Below, one piece after another: positions 62,401 through 64,000 of a DNA stretch of 64,000 nt; position 1 is the first letter of the stretch; every line of letters starts with the position of its first letter. The notes below the pieces were generated by a model, which was given only the letters and a program-made list of their open reading frames with translations, ran no database searches and was not told the DNA's origin. The stretch spans positions 41,724 through 105,723 of the forward strand of contig CAVYWD010000010.1 of the NCBI GenBank assembly GCA_963772225.1, written 5' to 3'. The DNA comes from an uncultured delta proteobacterium (GTDB lineage: Bacteria > Myxococcota > Myxococcia > Myxococcales > UBA5297). The translations under genes and the position numbers were made by a program.

Positions 62401-62791
62401 GTCGGCGGGCGCCAGCGCCAGCGGCGCGGGCCTGATCCGGCTGGCGAACCAAGCGCGCAAGTACGGGCTGGGGCTCATCTTCGCCACGCAGGCGCCCAAG
62501 AGCATCGACCACAACATCATCGCCAACTGCGCGACGCAGCTCTACGGGCGGGCCGCCTCGCCGGCGGCGCAGGACGTGATCCGCGACCAGATCCAGGCTC
62601 GCGGCGGGTCGGGCGACGACATCGCCAAGCTCACCGCCGGGACCTTCTACCTGCACACCGAGGGGATGGCGGCGCCCGCCCGGGTGAAGACCCGCTTCTC
62701 GCTCTCGCATCACCCCAAGAACCCGCTGAGCCCGGACGAGGTGCTCGAGCGGGCCGTGCGGTCGCGCCGCGCGCTTCACCCGGGCGAGTGA
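59477..62791 (+). CDS. 1104-aa double P-loop NTPase: N-terminal ORC/AAA_16-like module plus C-terminal HerA/FtsK-like (DUF87-type) module
   Basis: Module 1 has Walker A (LTGEAGSGKTHLL) and a Walker B-like motif (MIIALDQLD). A Pro/Ala-rich linker follows. Module 2 has Walker A (LAGAGSGKTMLV) and Walker B (LLVVDEAKDF). Module 2 also has GLGLIFATQAPKSIDHNIIANCATQLYGR, which is typical of HerA/DUF87 ATPases. Confidence 0.8.
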   Translation: MTMELTALRLADFEWTTHIDGVWSEPPHDVPALHQKVRDELAFQIERLAQRPGAASPLGVVLTGEAGSGKTHLLSALRKIAFGRGASFALIDMTDVKDFWATAQLGFLSALQRPGASGRRQLSEILQHIIETCGGPGSRGLDVEKLAALRPPRLINVIDELIAGLGKRYPLETHQYRDVIRALALINCDAFEIANIGYGWLQGMGLDEDHQLVHDLRNYQMQTSQLLKALSWLNSLRAPMIIALDQLDAIVAEQNLASDPLSPDPAAAARQNAARAIIERIANGLMDLQGAACRSLVVVSCLEATWSVLSQKALASAPARFLPPIELVKPGADAFAHRMIASRLAESYRKHQVTPPHETWPFAPSAFQGLTLTPREVLKRCHQHVRACVGAGRIVELQSLGASAAAPVGAGPSDDLAKLDERYAALQREAKVQGLKSEPAEAQLDRLLEEACVCLTLEEPLPEGKDALVDRDFEGAGRFDPLHARIRLVHHDQGDREQHYSFRFLEHANAVAFQARLNAAVTAAGIDRQLDFRKLVILRFGPLPGGKKTQDLLAQFASLGGVFQAPSNQDLGAMSALAALRAEKSASALEPWLRARRPASQISLFKEARQFLFGASPGASPAAPTPLDGAPSKLREVSAPGVSAKPAPAPHPSRPLQPELDLSPSRRASPAEGPPSPRPDAAGQLPIGNRIIAGSAGAEIISVPVEQLSKHAVVLAGAGSGKTMLVRRMVEEAALQKIPSIVLDPAGDLARLGDPWPEPPPELDEADREKAQRYLAQTEVVVFTPGRAAGNPLRFDPLPDLSSLEGDEYTIARDLARGALEPLALGRTGAAKKGRLGVLTTALDYQAQHGPPGLDAFIALLGDLPEEAAGGFDKAQKHAREMADALREQQHINPLLRREGEPLDPAVLFGDAKGGSGRTRISVVSFVGLPSPEEQQAFVSQLARTLFGWIKLNPKVQGRALRGLLVVDEAKDFAPSAGASASGAGLIRLANQARKYGLGLIFATQAPKSIDHNIIANCATQLYGRAASPAAQDVIRDQIQARGGSGDDIAKLTAGTFYLHTEGMAAPARVKTRFSLSHHPKNPLSPDEVLERAVRSRRALHPGE

Positions 62792-62802
62792 CGGCGGTGA
62801 GC

Positions 62803-63990
62803 ATGGGCTCGATTTCGAAATCCCGAGTCTTCGACGCGGTGATCGTCGGAGCGGGCCCCGCGGGCTCGCGCCTGGGGGAGCTCCTCGCGCGCCGCGGCAG
62901 GAGCGTGGCCATCCTCGAGCGGCAGCGCCACCCGCGAAACAAGGTCTGCGGCGGCGGCCTGTCGCGAAAGTCCATCGATCTGCTCGGGGTCGACCTGAGC
63001 TCCGTGACGCGCCAGGAGATTCGAGGCGCGATTCTCACGTATGGCAATCGCGAGGGAATCATCAAGGACCCGGAATTCTCGGCTCATACGGTGGTGCGCA
63101 GCGAATTCGATGCTTTCCTGGCCGCGCGCGCCCGCGCCGCCGGCGCGGAGGTCTTCGAAGAGACCGCCTTCCAGGACGCGCAGGAGGCCTCCGATTTCGT
63201 GGAGGTCCGGACCAGCCGAGGGGAGCTTCGGGGAAGGCTCCTCTTCGGCGCCGACGGCGCGTCGAGCCGGGTCCGAAGCCAGCTCTTCGGGAAGGACCGG
63301 GTCCGGATGGCGCCGGCGCTGGAGGCAATCGTCCGCGTCGGCGAGGGGGAGATCGCCCGCCTGCAGAATCGGGCGGTGTTCGATTTCGGGGTCATGCCCG
63401 GAGGTTACGGGTCGATCTTTCCGAAGCGAGACCATTTGAATGTCGGGGTCTATTCGCCGAGCGCGCCGAGGAGCGGCGCCTTCCTGCGTCAGCGCCTCGA
63501 GGACTTCATGGGCCGCTACGAGATTCTGCGCGAGCCGTCTCAGGTCCGGTTCGAGGGCTCTCCCATTCCGCTGCAGAACCGGAGCGGCGAATTCCAGCGC
63601 GGCCGGACGTGGCTCCTGGGGGATGCTGCGGGGCTCGCGGAGGCGCTGTTCGGCGAGGGCATCTACTTTGCGCTCAAGAGCGCGGCGCTCGCGGCCCAGG
63701 CGGTGGAGGAGGATGGGCTCCTCGCGAGCTCTCGACGCTATTCGGCGCTTTTGCGAAGCGAGCTGCTCCCGGAGCTTCGGGCGGCGCGGTGGATGGCGCG
63801 ACTCGTCTATCGCCTGCCGCGCTTCACGTTCACGCACCTGGTGCTCCAGGGGCGCATCAACGGCGATTTTGCGGCGCTCATTGGCGGCACCCTGGGGTAT
63901 CGGCGGTGCCTCGCGCAAACGCTCTGGAGGTTTCCGCGGTGGGCCAGGAAGAGCGAGCGGCCGGAAGGCGCGCGCGCGCCGGCGCTCTAG
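62803..63990 (+). CDS. Geranylgeranyl-reductase-family FAD-dependent oxidoreductase
   Basis: 395 aa with an FAD fold (DAVIVGAGPAGS), CGGG and GDAAGL motifs. It starts 11 nt after the ATPase stop. Confidence 0.8.
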   Translation: MGSISKSRVFDAVIVGAGPAGSRLGELLARRGRSVAILERQRHPRNKVCGGGLSRKSIDLLGVDLSSVTRQEIRGAILTYGNREGIIKDPEFSAHTVVRSEFDAFLAARARAAGAEVFEETAFQDAQEASDFVEVRTSRGELRGRLLFGADGASSRVRSQLFGKDRVRMAPALEAIVRVGEGEIARLQNRAVFDFGVMPGGYGSIFPKRDHLNVGVYSPSAPRSGAFLRQRLEDFMGRYEILREPSQVRFEGSPIPLQNRSGEFQRGRTWLLGDAAGLAEALFGEGIYFALKSAALAAQAVEEDGLLASSRRYSALLRSELLPELRAARWMARLVYRLPRFTFTHLVLQGRINGDFAALIGGTLGYRRCLAQTLWRFPRWARKSERPEGARAPAL

Positions 63991-64000
63991 AGGCCTCGAG

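Overview
This is a very GC-rich window, about 70% by eye. Nearly every long ORF has an antisense shadow ORF, so I called genes from recognisable protein motifs, third-position GC bias and start/RBS context, not from ORF length. About 50 protein-coding genes can be supported. I saw no rRNA, tRNA, CRISPR array, transposase or integrase.

The gene content suggests a Myxococcota chromosome, but that is an inference. It rests on a Ser/Thr kinase with TPR repeats, MJ0042 zinc-ribbon/GYF/TPR proteins, a DUF4388 J-protein and many lipoproteins.

**Housekeeping blocks**
- mtnA
- a quinol-type nitric oxide reductase
- gatCAB
- the large subunit of a methylmalonyl-CoA mutase family enzyme
- yhbY
- a tightly overlapping SCO1-ctaC-ctaD-ctaE-subunit IV caa3 oxidase operon

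**Accessory content**
- a pectate-lyase-like protein
- a beta-propeller/phospholipase C-type phosphoesterase
- a self-sufficient ferredoxin/ferredoxin-reductase/AlkB fusion with a divergent AraC regulator
- a C1 peptidase facing a chagasin-type inhibitor gene
- a LytS/LytTR two-component pair fused in frame to a frameshifted sugar-transferase gene
- a B12-radical-SAM operon
- an MFS/aminotransferase/aldolase/FGGY-kinase operon

**Best candidate for an undescribed system (57850-62791)**
Three genes are linked by ATGA start/stop overlaps. They encode a protein with a C-terminal DUF559 nuclease domain, a 203-aa protein of unknown function and a 1104-aa double P-loop ATPase. The ATPase has an ORC-like N-terminal module and a HerA/FtsK-like C-terminal module. 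The operon sits in a scarred neighbourhood containing a Uma2 endonuclease gene, a possible GNAT remnant and a duplicated gene fragment.

**Non-coding structure**
- a five-copy GC-rich palindromic REP-like family, one copy of which supplies the stop codon of gatA
- an amber-interrupted four-helix-bundle (Avd / rRNA-IVS protein family) gene enclosed by ~75-bp inverted repeats made of hexamer tandems
- a perfect 37-bp tandem duplication
- three probable frameshifted genes

All family assignments come from reading motifs by eye, without database searches.
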